Source of the DNA: Eledone cirrhosa
Taxonomy: Eukaryota
NCBI GenBank assembly: GCA_964016885.1
Contig: OZ024740.1
Coordinates: 191,270,001 to 191,334,000, forward strand
Reading direction: 5' to 3'
Length of the DNA: 64,000 nt
Made by a program: the position numbers and the translations under genes. Numbering within the stretch: the stretch's first letter is position 1; each line of letters opens with the position of its first letter. The notes below the pieces were generated by a model. The model was not told where the DNA came from. It saw nothing but the letters and a program-made list of their open reading frames with translations, and did not search any database. Shown here one piece after another: positions 27,604 to 41,307 of the stretch.

Positions 27604-29119
27604 ACACTTTACTCTTTTTATAACAATAAAAAAACGCACAGCAGTAAGCGTCAGATTTCTTTGTGGTGCTGTTAGTTGTATTAATTTTAAATTTACCTAA
27701 TTCAGTATATTCTATAATGTTCCTCTTAGCATTGTTGAATGAACGCCTTCCTTTTCTCCTAACCAAATTCTCTGAAAGTTCTCTGAAAGTTCTCTGAAAG
27801 TTCTCATTATCTAAAATATAACGTATCGCCAACCTCATATCTCCTGCACACCGACAGCCACTTCATGTTCAATGTTACACATTGATATAGCGTATTTTCA
27901 TTATTCCTTGAACTTTGAAAACCCTACTATTCAATGTTGCTGTCAATATGATGACACATCAGTTATAACATGTAATTTAGCCCGATGTGCGTCATCATCT
28001 AATAAGTATACCACTAAAAATGTCGTTATATCTCTAATATCTTCATTTTCTCATATATAGTTTTTAGAATCACGTTATGAAATGTATCTGATGTGTTTTA
28101 GTTACTATAGAGTGTGATTTCGGAGAATCTTTTGAAATTCCTCGTGACACATTTAACGGTCAGATAAATTTATTTTACATGGCAACGAATTCTTATTGTT
28201 TAATGAAATGTTGAAGCTGATTAGAGCTGTCACAAATTATCATAAAATATATGAAAATTATGTTCTATCTGTGTCTAAAGTCTGTGCTAATAACAACTGT
28301 TGTCATTGATCCATTGTATTTTTTCTGCCCTATGTCAATTCAAATTGTTACTTGAATAATTTAAGTTTTTAGATAAAGTGTCTGGAGGCTCTCTTTGTAA
28401 TATTTGAATTGCATTGCAAAAGTGACGAGGTTTTACTGTATTATATAGTTATCTTTTCATTCATTCGAAATATTGTCATTCAAAGATTACTCAAAATATT
28501 TATAAATATTCTATGGTAACAATCGGATATTATTATATGAAATTCAACAGGGTATTTTTGATTCTCATCTTTACTAGTGAACGTGTTCAATTTCTGAAAG
28601 TGATTACACATCATTGATCTCCTGCCAGCTTTATAATAATCATTCACATTTCAATATGAGTATCAATATTAAAGAGGTACAGATAAGCGGTTTCGTGATT
28701 ATGTTCATGTCATGAATTACCATTAAAAATGAGAAATTGGAGAAAACTGGAACACTTTCCTAATACGTGGGAATACTGAAAATAATAACCTAATTGTCTT
28801 TATATTTTTCCAAAATCATTTTCTTGGATATAGTTTTAGTCTGTCACTTTATTAAAATTGCAAATTTCAAATAGGTTCAATGTGATACCTAAGCAAATGG
28901 TTATGATAAATTACCATGTCTGTCAGTGAATAATAAGCACACCTTTTATGTAATGCCATTGTAAGTATAATTATTGAATTATTATATATCCTACATGTAG
29001 ATGTCTCTGCACAGGCATTCTTGAGAGGACGAGTGACTCGGTTTTCTCATTACTGATTTTCATTCCAGCCATGCAACATTTGGCATCAAACCTATCAAGA
29101 TCAAATCGGAGATCACCTT

Positions 29120-29860
29120 CTATCGAATTAAGTAACATCGTGCCGTCTTTAAATTCCAGCCAATTGCTATGATACCTCTTCCAACCTGGCTGCGCATGTT
29201 AATTCTGTTCGATTTTGCACCATTTATCCTAGCACAACTACTCGGGCGTTCGTATAGAGATATCAGCGAAGCAAAGGGTTGACCATCGAACGCATACTCA
29301 TGCAAAACCTTCCACGGTAGTTTCTGAAAACATGGTCGTTGCCATAATGTCATGAATGTCATAATGCCACAATGTTAATGTTTAGTCGGCTGTGATGCTT
29401 CCGAGAAAACACTCTCCCTACATCTTTTCACCAGACTCGTAGAATAGACTTTACCGGTGAGGCTTAACAATGGAATTCCTCTGTAACTGGAATAATCTTT
29501 CTTTTCTCTCTTTTTATAAATTGAGATTATCACTCCCGATTTCCAATGCGTAGTTGCCTTTCGAGAGATCCAGACAACCCGGAACACACGTGTACGCTAA
29601 CTACAGGTTACATTCTCCGTTTAAGGCTTTTAATATCTCGGTGCTGGATCTCATCTTCCGTAGTGGCTTTACCATACTTGAGAACTTTAGCTGCTCTTGT
29701 GACGCCAGTCTCTGAAATATTAGTCACCTCTCCGAAATGCACCTCGTTTACATTAGATTATGCTGTTGTGATCGAGTTTAAGCTATGGGCGAAATATTCT
29801 CTCCTCCTTGCGAGGATGGACCTCGTTGAAGCGTCATTGATATCAGGTGTGGAGGAGGAC
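29120..29860 (-). pseudogene. RTE-clade LINE RT N-terminal fragment (inverted part)
   Basis: WKSGVIISIYKKREKKDYSSYRGIPLLSLTGKVYS; LPWKVLHEY..LISLYE..ARING; typical of RTE/Expander RT. Confidence 0.8.
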
Positions 29861-29869
29861 TTTCATTAC

Positions 29870-30272
29870 GAAGTCGTTGAGAGAATACGATCGCGAATTC
29901 AAGTGGCCGAAATGGGCTTCCTGCGAATGTTCTTTGGATTAAATCGATAGAGTGTATAGCTCGGAGGTGAGAGCCTCAATTCATGTAGAGCCGCTACTTT
30001 TCCGAATTGTCACATCACAGAGCCTATACAATAAGCAAGTTTTTTTATTTATATCAGGAAATAATCACTGGCCAGATTTGACGGGCAAAACCAACCAGCA
30101 GGAAACGTGTGCAAGATGGTTGGATAACATCCATAAGCTTGGCTTGTCTCGTTTGGGAATCCAGTCGGTTGCTTCTGACAAGACACTCCAGAAGGAATGT
30201 TCGAGGTTCTGTCCACATGACACTCTCAAGAAGAAGAAGAAGAAGAAGACGAAGAAGAAGAAGAAGAAGAAG
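29870..30272 (+). pseudogene. RTE-clade LINE 3' end with (GAA)n tail
   Basis: ERIRSRIQVAEMGFLR...SSEVRASIHVEPLLFRIVTSQ is an Expander/Rex3-like C-terminus; (GAA)n at 30227-30272. Confidence 0.8.
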
Positions 30273-31112
30273 AATAACATATTTTAAATACTGTTGATAG
30301 ATTTCGCATACTGTCACAATGAAACCAACAAACACAAATTGAGCATGCGTTAAGTAAATTAATATTATTCGAATTTTTTGGCATATACGAGAGACCACAG
30401 GGAACATGGTTCAACGTTATCATGTCCTCATAATCGAAACATCGACAACATTGTAAATTACATATTAACAATGCCAGCATCACTCAGTATATTATTAATT
30501 ACTTAGGATATAAGTATGGTTTGCTTAGAGATTGAAAAAGAAAACATTGTTTTTTCACATTTTCCTCTTGCGTTGTTGTTCACTTCGATATAGATGTTAT
30601 TGCTGTATATTATTAAAAGATGAAATTTGTAAATCGAAACACAGTATCGTGAAAAATTACGAAGTCTATGGAATTGGTTTTGTTTACAGGAATATTAAGC
30701 TATGAGAAATTCAGATAAAAATTCTATTGAGCTAATGCCTTAGTAATATAAAGTGTATTAGTAAAATAAAAAAAATAGTTCTTGCTATTTTTTTTAAATT
30801 TTAGTAATACACTTGCTATTTACTTCGATAGAAAGTGACTCTGTAAACTTGTCTATTGTATCACTGTCAACATTCTGTATTTTTTCTCCATCTTCATAAA
30901 CAGATTACAATTTGTTTCCCTTTCAAAGTAGTTTGTAGAAATAACACTTTCGCTGTTAAATATATTTACTATTGTAAGCAATGCTTATTTATATTACTAT
31001 AAGCTGCTCTAAAGTATTCATGATGCTTAACAACAACGATATTATAAACGGCAATACGATTAGATATTTAGTCTATCGTCATTAACTTTAGAGAATATTT
31101 TTTTTTTTTCAG

Positions 31113-31196
31113 ATTTCAAGTTGTCGATCACTTTGCAGAGGAAGGACACTGCTAATGAACGGCAACTTACCCACCTTGGAGGAAAGGCTGAAAAAG
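31113..31196 (+). CDS. Candidate isolated host exon (84 nt), product unknown
   Basis: Long T tract + CAG acceptor, AAG/GTTAGT donor, length divisible by 3, two open frames (ISSCRSLCRGRTLLMNGNLPTLEERLKK or FKLSITLQRKDTANERQLTHLGGKAEK). Confidence 0.45.
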
Positions 31197-32899
31197 GTTA
31201 GTCTTTGATGGGGGAAGTGAATCTGATAAATAAACCCCAGTGTGAGGTAGAAGTTCTAAACCAGGTGACCGATCATGTCAACCATATGAGTAAACATACG
31301 GTCCTACGGTTATATGCACTGTTTGACCTACAACTTCTTGTACACAGAGATTTAGTAACTTCTACATTATGTTAGGTAATACTTCTTAAATGTGCTGTGC
31401 CCTGGGATAAAACTTGAAATATAAAATTTCGATAAGCTGCTGAACCACACAGTCCCCTTGTCACAACTATGCTTTCAACATTAACGTCTTCATGATATTT
31501 CTGTATATGTTTATCGGATCACCATCAATTATACTATTTCTAGATATTTTTTTTTTTACACACTTGCAATCTTTTGAAATATGTTAGAATTCTAGGGCAT
31601 TGAAACGTGCACATCCAGAGATATCACATCTGATGAAAAGCAGAGATATACCAAATAGTTGTGCAATGTAGATACGACACAATCCTTGTAAATAAAAATA
31701 AACATAATATTTGATTTAAATGTGTAGAACATTATAAGGTTTTGCAACAAAATATCTTATATATTTAGTTATTTAATAGCCATCTTCATTTGTAACAATA
31801 AAATTGAAGTGGGGGGAGTGCTATAGTACTACATTCCTCAGAATATTACTGGTAATATATCACGTTGAACATAAGACCTACGAAACGCAATATTGTGCGG
31901 AGTATTATTTAATTTCAGATTGTAAAGCAAGAGAAATACCGTACATCATTTTGTCTAAATATTATACGAACGCAACGATACGTATTGCCAACCCAAGACG
32001 GATGAAATTTTAAAGATGTTATTTACCAAACTTGAACTGAGGACGTAAACGTGTAATAAATAAACACTTTGAGGGTCTTTTTTAAAAAGTTGTACTAATT
32101 CCTTATTTCGACGCACTAGTATCGATACACGAGTAGAAATTATATCAACGATTAACTAATATGTACGCACATCGTCAACGCAATGATATAATATATTAAA
32201 GACGGAATAACATATGTACATGCGTACGATATAGTTAGTCACAGCAGCACTCTATGATAATGCAACTGAATGGTCTAATAAAAAATACACATTCAAAGTG
32301 TTTATCACCTCCTACACAGTTAATTCAGGAATGATGAATGCATGCATAGAAATATACTTGCAACAACGAGGCACGTCCACCAAACACTGTGCCAGTAGAG
32401 TACATTCGGGTCCTGAATAATCATCCCGTTGCTCCCACCCGCTTATATAAGTTTACTGATCTAATTCCAGCGAAATATTATTTCAAATGTTGTGGTCGTT
32501 AATGCAATTGTTGCTCTCCTTTCTTGTGTTTTTGTTGTTGGTGCTGCTGTTCTTGTTAATGGTGGTACTTTTTTTATAATAATGGGGTGGGGGGTCATTT
32601 CACGTGACTCAACGTTTGAGTCACTGTCACGTGAGAGCGGGCTTACCGACAGGTGGGGGGGGGGTCTGTCCATATATTTATATGAAAACAATTATTTGTG
32701 AAAATAAATTAAAGCTCATATATTTAGCTCCATGGGCCGCATATTATGGAGTCACCTTTTCGCAGGTCAATGACGAATGTCTCCTGACCTATTTGTATCA
32801 ATATACAAATTTAAACAACTTAATTCTACAAACCTATCAGAGTTCACAATCACACATTTTGTCACTTTAGTCACTATTAATAATAATAATATGATTAAT

Positions 32900-33260
32900 A
32901 ACAATTTATTGTGTATATTGCTTCATCGTTGGACCTCAGAGGGAATGAAAAGAAAATGAGAAAGTTGAGATATTCCGGGAGATCAAGAGAGAAAAACATA
33001 AATTATGGAGAATCGGTCATGTTGAAATGGTACCGTTTGCGGCTGGCGAACTGGGAGCAGTTACTAAAATAATGCCCGGTTTAAGAAGCTAGAATTTACC
33101 ATAAGAGTGCAATTATTGCAGAAAACGGCAAGGATTCTAAGAAACGGTGTGTGACAGTTAAAGAAGAAGGAATGACCTGAATTACCTTTGGCCATTGTCT
33201 ATTGGTACTGTTTCGGTATATCATCTGCCAGAGGAAGAGCGTTACGAGTAATAACTATAA
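32900..33260 (+). mobile_element. Old R4/Dong-like RLE 3' fragment
   Basis: KENEKVEI...KLWRIGHVEMVPFAAGELGAVTK resembles the RLE C-terminus (K..Y..L..EI..W....VP.V.GALG); TAA-rich flanks. Confidence 0.6.
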
Positions 33261-33288
33261 TATTATTATTATTTACTATATCTCTATA

Positions 33289-33473
33289 GGGTGGTGGATT
33301 GGCAGTATCGGTGGAGGGTCAGAAGCCATGCTTTCCAGCATAGTTACGTCCCTTTACGATCTGAGTTCAAATCCCGCCGAGGTTGACTTTGCCTTTCATC
33401 CTTACGGGGTCGATAAAATAAAGTACCAGTAATGCACTGGGTAATTGCTGGCCTTGTGCCTAAAGTAGAAACA
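33289..33473 (+). mobile_element. Full-length SINE with 17-bp TSD
   Basis: ATTATTTACTATATCTC at 33268-33284 and 33474-33490; A and B boxes intact. Confidence 0.93.
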
Positions 33474-33797
33474 ATTATTTACTATATCTCCTCCTCTTCC
33501 CTGTTCCATGAGAATGACACCTGAAAAAGTAAGGCGACTGAATGAGTGAATATAAACTTTTACCGTTATATCAAAAACAAAAAGGCAGCATTTATATGTA
33601 ACATGGAATATTTGTAATGAAATAATTTGTACATCATCGCAATTCATTATATCATTTCCAATATATAGCATTTCTAACTATTTAACTACAAGATATTTAA
33701 TTACGCATTAAATTACGTGTCGTAAATATTGATAGTTATAACTTATTGTTTTATTACCTTTATTACTTTTATCAGCATAAATATGTTCATGCCATAA

Positions 33798-33992
33798 TCG
33801 TTTCTGATTTAGGCACAACGTCAGCATTTTCTTGGGAGGGGAAATTCGATGAAATCGACTCTAGTGTGTGACTGGCACTTTATTTTATCGACCCAATATG
33901 GATGAAAGGCAAACATAAGCTCGGCAGGATTTGAACTCAGAACGTAAAGGGCCGTAATTTTATGCTCTACTGATTTCGCCAATCTAGCACCC
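33798..33992 (-). mobile_element. SINE (different subfamily tail)
   Basis: Shared core, with a longer segment between core and tail. Confidence 0.8.
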
Positions 33993-34393
33993 ATGATTTA
34001 CGGACATAAGATTCAGTTGAAAGATCCAGGTCAGTCAGGCTCCCCACTATTCTATTTTGACTTTAGTAAAAGCTAGTGGTCTGATGTCAAAGAAGTGTAT
34101 TAAATATATATATATCTAATTTGTTAAATATACTTCATCAGGAACAATTCACTAACTTAGGAAATTTCCATTTCATGTGTCCACAATGATAAATATTCTA
34201 CCACCGACTAGTATACTGTGAAAGGCTTTTAGTATATTATGTTTCAATTATGCGATCTGTGATAAGTAGAGCACAATGCCAAATAAATTATGAATCTGTG
34301 TTTACGTAAGTTTACAAGTTCAACAATATTCTCTTCTTCTTATTCTTCTTCTTCTTCTTCTTCTTCTGCTCCTCCTACTTCTTCTTCTTCTTC

Positions 34394-37300
34394 TAATTAT
34401 AATTATTATTATTATTGTTCTTAGAGTCTCAGTCATTGATGTTAGTTATCTGGAAAGTTTGTTGAAAAGAATATCAAGCCACTACCTGCAGCCTCAGATA
34501 TTCAGGACGTATCGGAGGGTTATTGCTGTTCCCAGCAAGCATGCCTTTTGAAGTGTTCCAAAAGGCGGGGCAGGGCCAATTTTCTTTCACCATCCATGGA
34601 CATTTTTGAGATAGTACCTAGTGCCCCTATGACAATCGGGACCACTTTGACTTCATGGCAGGTCCAAATCCTTTTTACCTGCCACTTTAAGTCCTGGTAT
34701 CGGTTAATTTTCTCCCACTCCTCTTGCACTCTCGGGTCGAATGGGCAGGCCACATCCACAATCAGGCACGATCTTTTTTACTTGTCCAAAACCTCCAGGT
34801 CAGGTCTATTGTGTTCCAGTTTCTTGTCCGTCTGTATCCTAATATCCAACAGCACCTTCACCTGATTGTTTTCTATCACCCACTCTGGCTTATGCTGATA
34901 CCACTTCTCAGAACGTGGTAAATTGTTTACTTTGCATAGGTGAAAGTGGATCACCCTGCCCATATCATTATGTCTCCAGCCTTTATAGTGAGTCCGGGCT
35001 GGGTATTTACACTCGGATACAATGTGAGCCACAGTCTTCTCTCTCCACAGATCCTGCACAGTGGGCTTGCATCCTCCTTGTAAATATGGTGTTTCAACCA
35101 CTTCGTTTTGAGGGCCGGCTCTTGCGCAGCCATTAGCATTCCTTCTGTAGCCTTTTTAAGGTCTCCTCTCTTCAACCAGTTCCATGTCTGTGGATCTCTA
35201 AATTCAGTTTTCTCAGAGAAGGTACTATGAAGGGATATTCCTGAAGGCTGATCTTACTCATTGTTGTTATTTCCTCCTTGGACATCCCCTGGCCTATTGT
35301 CCTCTCCTTCAGTACAATTCTGAGCATTCGCTCCTTACTATCAGTTATGTATTTGTGTAGGTTGTTTTTCACCATATCAATACAGTCCTCTATGCTGATA
35401 AGACACCTTCCACCTTCAGATCTCCTTAAGTAGAGTCTATCGACATCACTCCTCTTCTGGAACATGTTGTAGGTAGTCAATAGCTTCCTAGTCTTCCTAT
35501 CGATTTCCTTTTGTTCAGCAACATTACATCTCATAATTCCCGCACTGTATCTAATAATAGACACAGCTCGGGAATTTACTTCACTTATGGCATTCCTACT
35601 GTTCAGATGTGACTTTAATACACTCCTTATTCTCTGAATGTATTCAGACCTTATCAATTCCTCCATGTTGTTGTTCTTGATGTCATCAGCCTCAAGAACA
35701 CCCAAATATTTGTATCTTTCTTCAGTGTCAATTTCCTTTATCATCTCACCTGTTGGTACCTGGATTCCGTTGTTTCTGCTCAATTTACCCCTCTTCATCA
35801 CAAGGATTCCACACTTACTAATACCAAACTGCATACATATTTCATTGCTGAAAATAAGGACAGTGTCAACAAGCACATCCAACTCCTTCTCAATATTCCC
35901 GAAGAGCTTAAGATCGTCCATGAAGAAGAGTGATTTTTGGTAAGCTCTTCATTTCCCAACTTGTATCCTCCTCTCACTTCTCCCAGTATAATGGTCAGGG
36001 CATCAGGGCAAGGACAAACAACAGAGGGGACAGACTATCTCCCTGAAAGATACCTCTCTTGATCTTCACGCTTCCCCTGGATTATCCAGCTCATCTTAAA
36101 TCTGTTTTCCAGGACTTCATGCTTTTGCCCAACAACTGTCTGATGGTATCTGCCACCTTGAAGATCTCTAGACTTTGGTTATCCAAGCATGTGGTACCAT
36201 GTCAAATGCGTTTTTGTAGTCTATCCATCCCATGGCAAGACCAGTGTGTCTCCTCTTGCAATTCCTCATTACCATCTTATCAATAAGTAATTGGTCCTTT
36301 GTACCACGGGACTTCTTTCGGCATCCTTTCTGTTCGTCCGGTAACAAGTTGTTTGTGTGGTGGTGATGGTAGATTTCCTCAGACACAATGCTTGTCAACA
36401 GTTTCCACATTACAGGCAGACATGTCATAGGTCTATAGTTGGTAACATCATTCCCCATGATTCGGTTTTCATTACCAGAACTGTGGTACCTTTTGTCAAC
36501 CACTCTGGTACCTCACCTGACATCAAGCAGTCATTGAACATGGTTGTCAGTTTCGGGTGGAGGGACGTTATAATTGTAATCCAATACCCCTGCACACCAT
36601 CAGGGCCTGGTGATTTCCAGTTGGTTAGTTTTTTTGCCTGCCCCTTAAGAGTTTCAACTGTGATACTCAAATCAGTTTGTTGGTGTGCCTGTTCACTAAT
36701 CTCATTTTGTACTGTCTCAATCCACACTGCCTTGTCATTGTGTTTAACATCCTGCTCCCATATTCCTCTCCAGAATGTCTTAGTTTGTTCCACCTCAGGG
36801 ATCAAGTCGTTGCCTCTTTTTTTCCCTTCAAGCTGTCCAAACAACATCTTCTGGTTGTTGTCAAACATGCGGTTCTGTCTATGACTGACTGACTCTGCTC
36901 TCGTATCGCCTAATGTTTGCACTCTTTGCTACAATGCGTTGCTTCAGTTCCTCTATGATAATATTTAGCTTTTTCCTCCTAGTTTTGTACTTTATTTCCT
37001 GTCTATTTTTAGTGTCTATGTTTTTTAGTGTCCCATTCAGTAGGGACTCAAGCGTTCCAATGTCATTTTTCATTTCCCTGATTTGACCATTCAGTCGTTT
37101 CTTCCACAAAGGTTCTTATCTTTTTTGTTTGTTGTTTCCTCTCCCTTTTATGCCAAGTAATTTCCTCACCGCATTTGCTGTTGCTTTGAAGATATAGTTG
37201 CACTGGTGAAGGCCCCTCGCCTCAAGGTATGGGATGACATTTTTTACCTTAGCTGTTGTTACTTTTAACATTTTCATATCTACAAATCTTAGGTTCATAG

Positions 37301-37560
37301 GTTTCCCACTATCATTGTTCAATTCATCTACCACTAAGTTTAGGATATCAACCAAATCTTGTCCTAGCCCGTTAGCATTCATCTCCTCAATGGCCGTATC
37401 TTTGTTCCAGGTATTATTTCTTTCAGCATTCAGATCATTGTCTGCTTCGGATGGTTCCTCAGTTCTCTCGACCTCGTCACCTTCATTTCCCACTGGCTCG
37501 TTTGCCAGGGAGTACGTGCTGGGTGAGAGTCTGTCACATGACATTCCAGTCTCCACTTCA
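34394..37560 (-). mobile_element. R4/Dong-like non-LTR retrotransposon copy A (RT + CCHC + RLE), 5'-truncated, frameshifted
   Basis: [71 protein letters not shown]; 3' (TAA)n tail. Confidence 0.92.
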
Positions 37561-37924
37561 CCGTTATGCGCACTGTTTATGTTCGACTTTTAAACACTCT
37601 TATCGAGGATTGCTGAATGTATGGTTAGATAACCACCGGCGATTTCATGACCCTCGATGAAATTAGTGTGACACTATCACGCTGTAGACGAACATAAATA
37701 AGCAAACAAACCAATAGGTAAAAACCCCTAAAAAAGAATAAGCATAAGTTTCATTGTAATGTAATGTTTGAATGTCTAAATCTTTTCTTTTCCTTGTTTT
37801 TCTGTCTGTTTGTTTTTCTTTTCTTTTTATTTTCTTTATGTTTTTCGTTGCTGCTGTGCTGTTTTGATTTTGAATTTTTGTTTTTTTGATTTTTTGACCG
37901 GGTCATCAAATCAGTCTATTTATG

Positions 37925-40900
37925 TATTATTATTATTATTATTATTGTTATTACACTTTGAGTCTCAGTCATTGATGTTAGTTAACTGGAAAGTTTGTTG
38001 AGATGAATATCAAGCCACTACTTGCAGTCTCAGATATTCAGGATGTATCGGAGGGTTGTTGCTGTTCCCAGCAAGCATGCCTTTTGAAGCGTTCCAAAAA
38101 GCGTGAAGGGGACAATTTTCTTTAACCATCCCTGGAAACTTTTTGAGATAGTCCCTAGTGCGCCTATGACAATCGGGATCACTTTGACTTCATCGCAGTT
38201 CCAAATCCTTTTTACCTCCCACTTTAAGTCCTGGTATCGGTTAATTTTCTCCTTCTCTTTCTCTTGCACTCTCGTGTCGAATGGGCAGGCCACATCCACA
38301 ATCAGGCACGATCTTTTTTCTTTGTCCCAAACCACCAGGTCAGGTCTATTGTGTTCCAGTTTCTTGTCCGTCTGTATCCTAAAATCCCACAGCACCTTCA
38401 CCTGATCGTTTTCTATCACCGCCTCTGGCTTATGCTCATACCACTTCTCAGAATGTGGTAAATTGTTTACTTTGCATAGGTGCCAGTGGATCACCCTGCT
38501 CATCACATCATGTCTCCAGCCCTTATAGTGAGTCTGGGCTAGGTGTTTACACTCGGATACAATGTGAGCCACAGTCTACTCTCTCTCTCCACAGATCCTG
38601 CACAGTGGGCTAGTCTCCCCCTTGTAAATGTGGTGTTTCAACCACTTCATTTTGAGGGCCTGCTCCTGCGCAGCCATTAACATTCCTTCTGTAGCCTTTT
38701 AAAGGTCTCCTCTTTTCAACCAGTTCCATGTCTGTGGATCTCTAAATTCAGTTTTCTCAAAGAAGGTACTACGAAGAGATTTTTCCTGAAGGCTGCTCTT
38801 TCTCCTTGATGGTATTTACTCCTTGGACATCCCCTGGCCTATTGTCCCCTCCTTCAGTACAGTTCTGAGCATTGGCTCCTTACTATCAATCACGTATTTG
38901 TGTAGGTTGTTTTTCCTCCATCTGAACACAGTCCTCTATGCTGATATAACCTCTTCCACCCTCAGATCTCCTTAGGTAGAGTCTATCGACATCACTCCTC
39001 TTGTGTAACATATTGTAGATAGTCAATAGCTTCCTAGTCTTCCTATCCATTTCTTTTTGTTCAGCAACATTCCATCTCAGAATTCCCGCACTGTACTTAA
39101 TAATAGACACAGCTCGGGAATTTACTGCACTTATGGCATTCCTACTTTTCAGATGTGACTTTAATACGCTCCTTACTCTCCGAAGGTATTCAGTTCTTAT
39201 CAATTCCTTCATTTTCTTCTTCTTGATGTCATCAGCCTCCAGAACGCCCAACTATTTGTATCCTTCCTCAGAGGCAATTTCTTTTATCATCTCACCTGTT
39301 GGTATCTGGATTCCGTTACTTCTGCTCAACTTACCCCTCTTCATCACAATGACTCCATACTTACTAATACCAAATTGCATACATATTTCATTGCTGACAA
39401 TACGGACAGTGTCAACAAGCACATCCAACTCCTTCTCACTCTTCCCGAAGAGCTTAAAATCGTCCATGAAGAGGAGGTGATTGATGGCAAGCAATCCCTT
39501 TCCCAACATGTATCCTGCTCTCACTTTTCGCAGTACACTGGTCAGAGGCATCAGGGCAATGACAAACAACAGAGGGGACAGACTATCTCCCTGGAAGATA
39601 CCTCTCTTGGTCTTCACGCTTTCCAAGGATTCTCCAGTTGATGTTAACACTGTTTCCCAGGACTTCATACTTTTGCCCAACAACTGTCTGATGTTATCTG
39701 CCACCTTGAAGATCTCCAGGCTTTTGGTGATCCAAGAATGAGGCACCATGCCAAATGCCTTTTTGTAGTCTATCCATCCCATGGCAAGACCAGTGTGTCT
39801 CCTCTTGCAATTCCTTATTACCATCTTATCAATAAGTAACTGGTCCTTTGTACCACGTGACTTCTTTCGGCATCCTTTCTGTTCGTCCGGTAACAAGTTG
39901 TTTGTGTAGAGGTGATGGTAGATTTCCTCAGACATAATGCTTGTCAACAGTTTCCACATTACGGACAGACATGTGATAGGTCTTTAGTTGGTAACATCAT
40001 TACCCTTGATTCGGTCTTTCATCATAGAACTGTGGTACCTTTTGTCAACCACTCTGGTACGTCACCTGACATCTAGAGTCATTGAACATGGTTGTCAGTT
40101 TCGGGTGGAGGGATGTTATGTTTTTAATCCAATACCCCTGCACACCATCTGGGCCTGGTGATTTCCAGTTGGTTAGTTTTTTGGCCTGCCCCTTAAGAGT
40201 TTCAATTGTGATACTCAAATCAGTTTGTTGGTGTGCCTGTTCACTGATCTCCTTCTGTACTGTCTCAATCCACAATGCCTGGTCATTATGTTTAGCATCC
40301 TGCTCCCATATTCCTCTCCAGAATCTTTTAGTTTGTTCCGCCTCAGGGATCAAGTCGTTGTCTCTTTCTTTCCCGTCAAGCTGTCCAAACAGCATCTTCT
40401 GGTTGTTGTTGAACATGCGGTTCTGACTATACTGGCTGACTCTGTTCTCGTATCGCCTGATTTTTGCACTCTTTGCTACAATGCCTTGCTTCAGTTCCTC
40501 TATGATAATATTTAGCTTTTTCCTCCTAGTTTTGTACTTTATATCCAGTCTATTTTTAGTGTCTATGTTTGTTAGTGTCCCATTCAGTAGGGACTCAAGC
40601 TTTCCAATGTCATTTCTCATTTCCCTAATTTGACCACTCAGTCGTTTCTTCCACCAAGGCTGTGCTCTTTCTTGCCTGTTGTTTCCTCTCGCTTTCATAC
40701 CAAGTAGTTTCCTCACCGTATTTGCTGTTGCTTTGGGGATATTGTTGCTCTGGTGAAGGTATGGGATGACTTTGTTTACCTTAGCTGTTGTTTCTTTTAA
40801 CTTTTTCCTGTCTACAAACCTTAGGTTCATAGGGCTCCCACTATCATTGTTCAATTCATCTACCACTAAGTTTAGGTTATCTACCAAATCTTGTCCTAGC

Positions 40901-41066
40901 CCGTCAGCATTTATCTCCTCAGTGGCCGTATCTCTGTTCCAGGAATTATTTATCTCAACATTCATATCATTGTCTGTTTAGAGTGGTTCCTCCGTTCTCT
41001 CGACCACTTCACCTTCATTTCCCACTGGCTCGTTTGCCTGGCATACTCCACCCTCCATCTCCAAGA
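37925..41066 (-). mobile_element. R4/Dong-like copy B, same family as A, 5'-truncated
   Basis: ORFs 40045-40965, 39252-39959 ([14 protein letters not shown]), 38886-39251 and 38030-38572 (RHD, RPDLVV, DVACP, KINRY); (TAA)n at both ends. Confidence 0.93.
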
Positions 41067-41106
<40 letters not shown>

Positions 41107-41307
41107 GGCGACCTACGTAGTAAATCGTATTATCGTGAGCACCACAACGGTTTGTTATTTTCAGTTGTTTAAAATTGCTATTTAGGGAAAAGTTTTCTTG
41201 TTAACTGTATATAAGACATTCAAAAAGACACTCAAAAAGATTGGGGCCTTGAGCCCAAAATTTAAACCTTTATAATTATTTTAAAAAAAGAATTTCTTAG
41301 AAAAATC

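Noticed and set aside
31600-31660. GAAACGTGCAC...CTGATGAAAAG as a hammerhead
   Set aside because: No consistent stems I and II could be formed.
33289-33380. tRNA genes
   Set aside because: The A and B boxes belong to SINE heads; no cloverleaf, and they continue into the SINE core.
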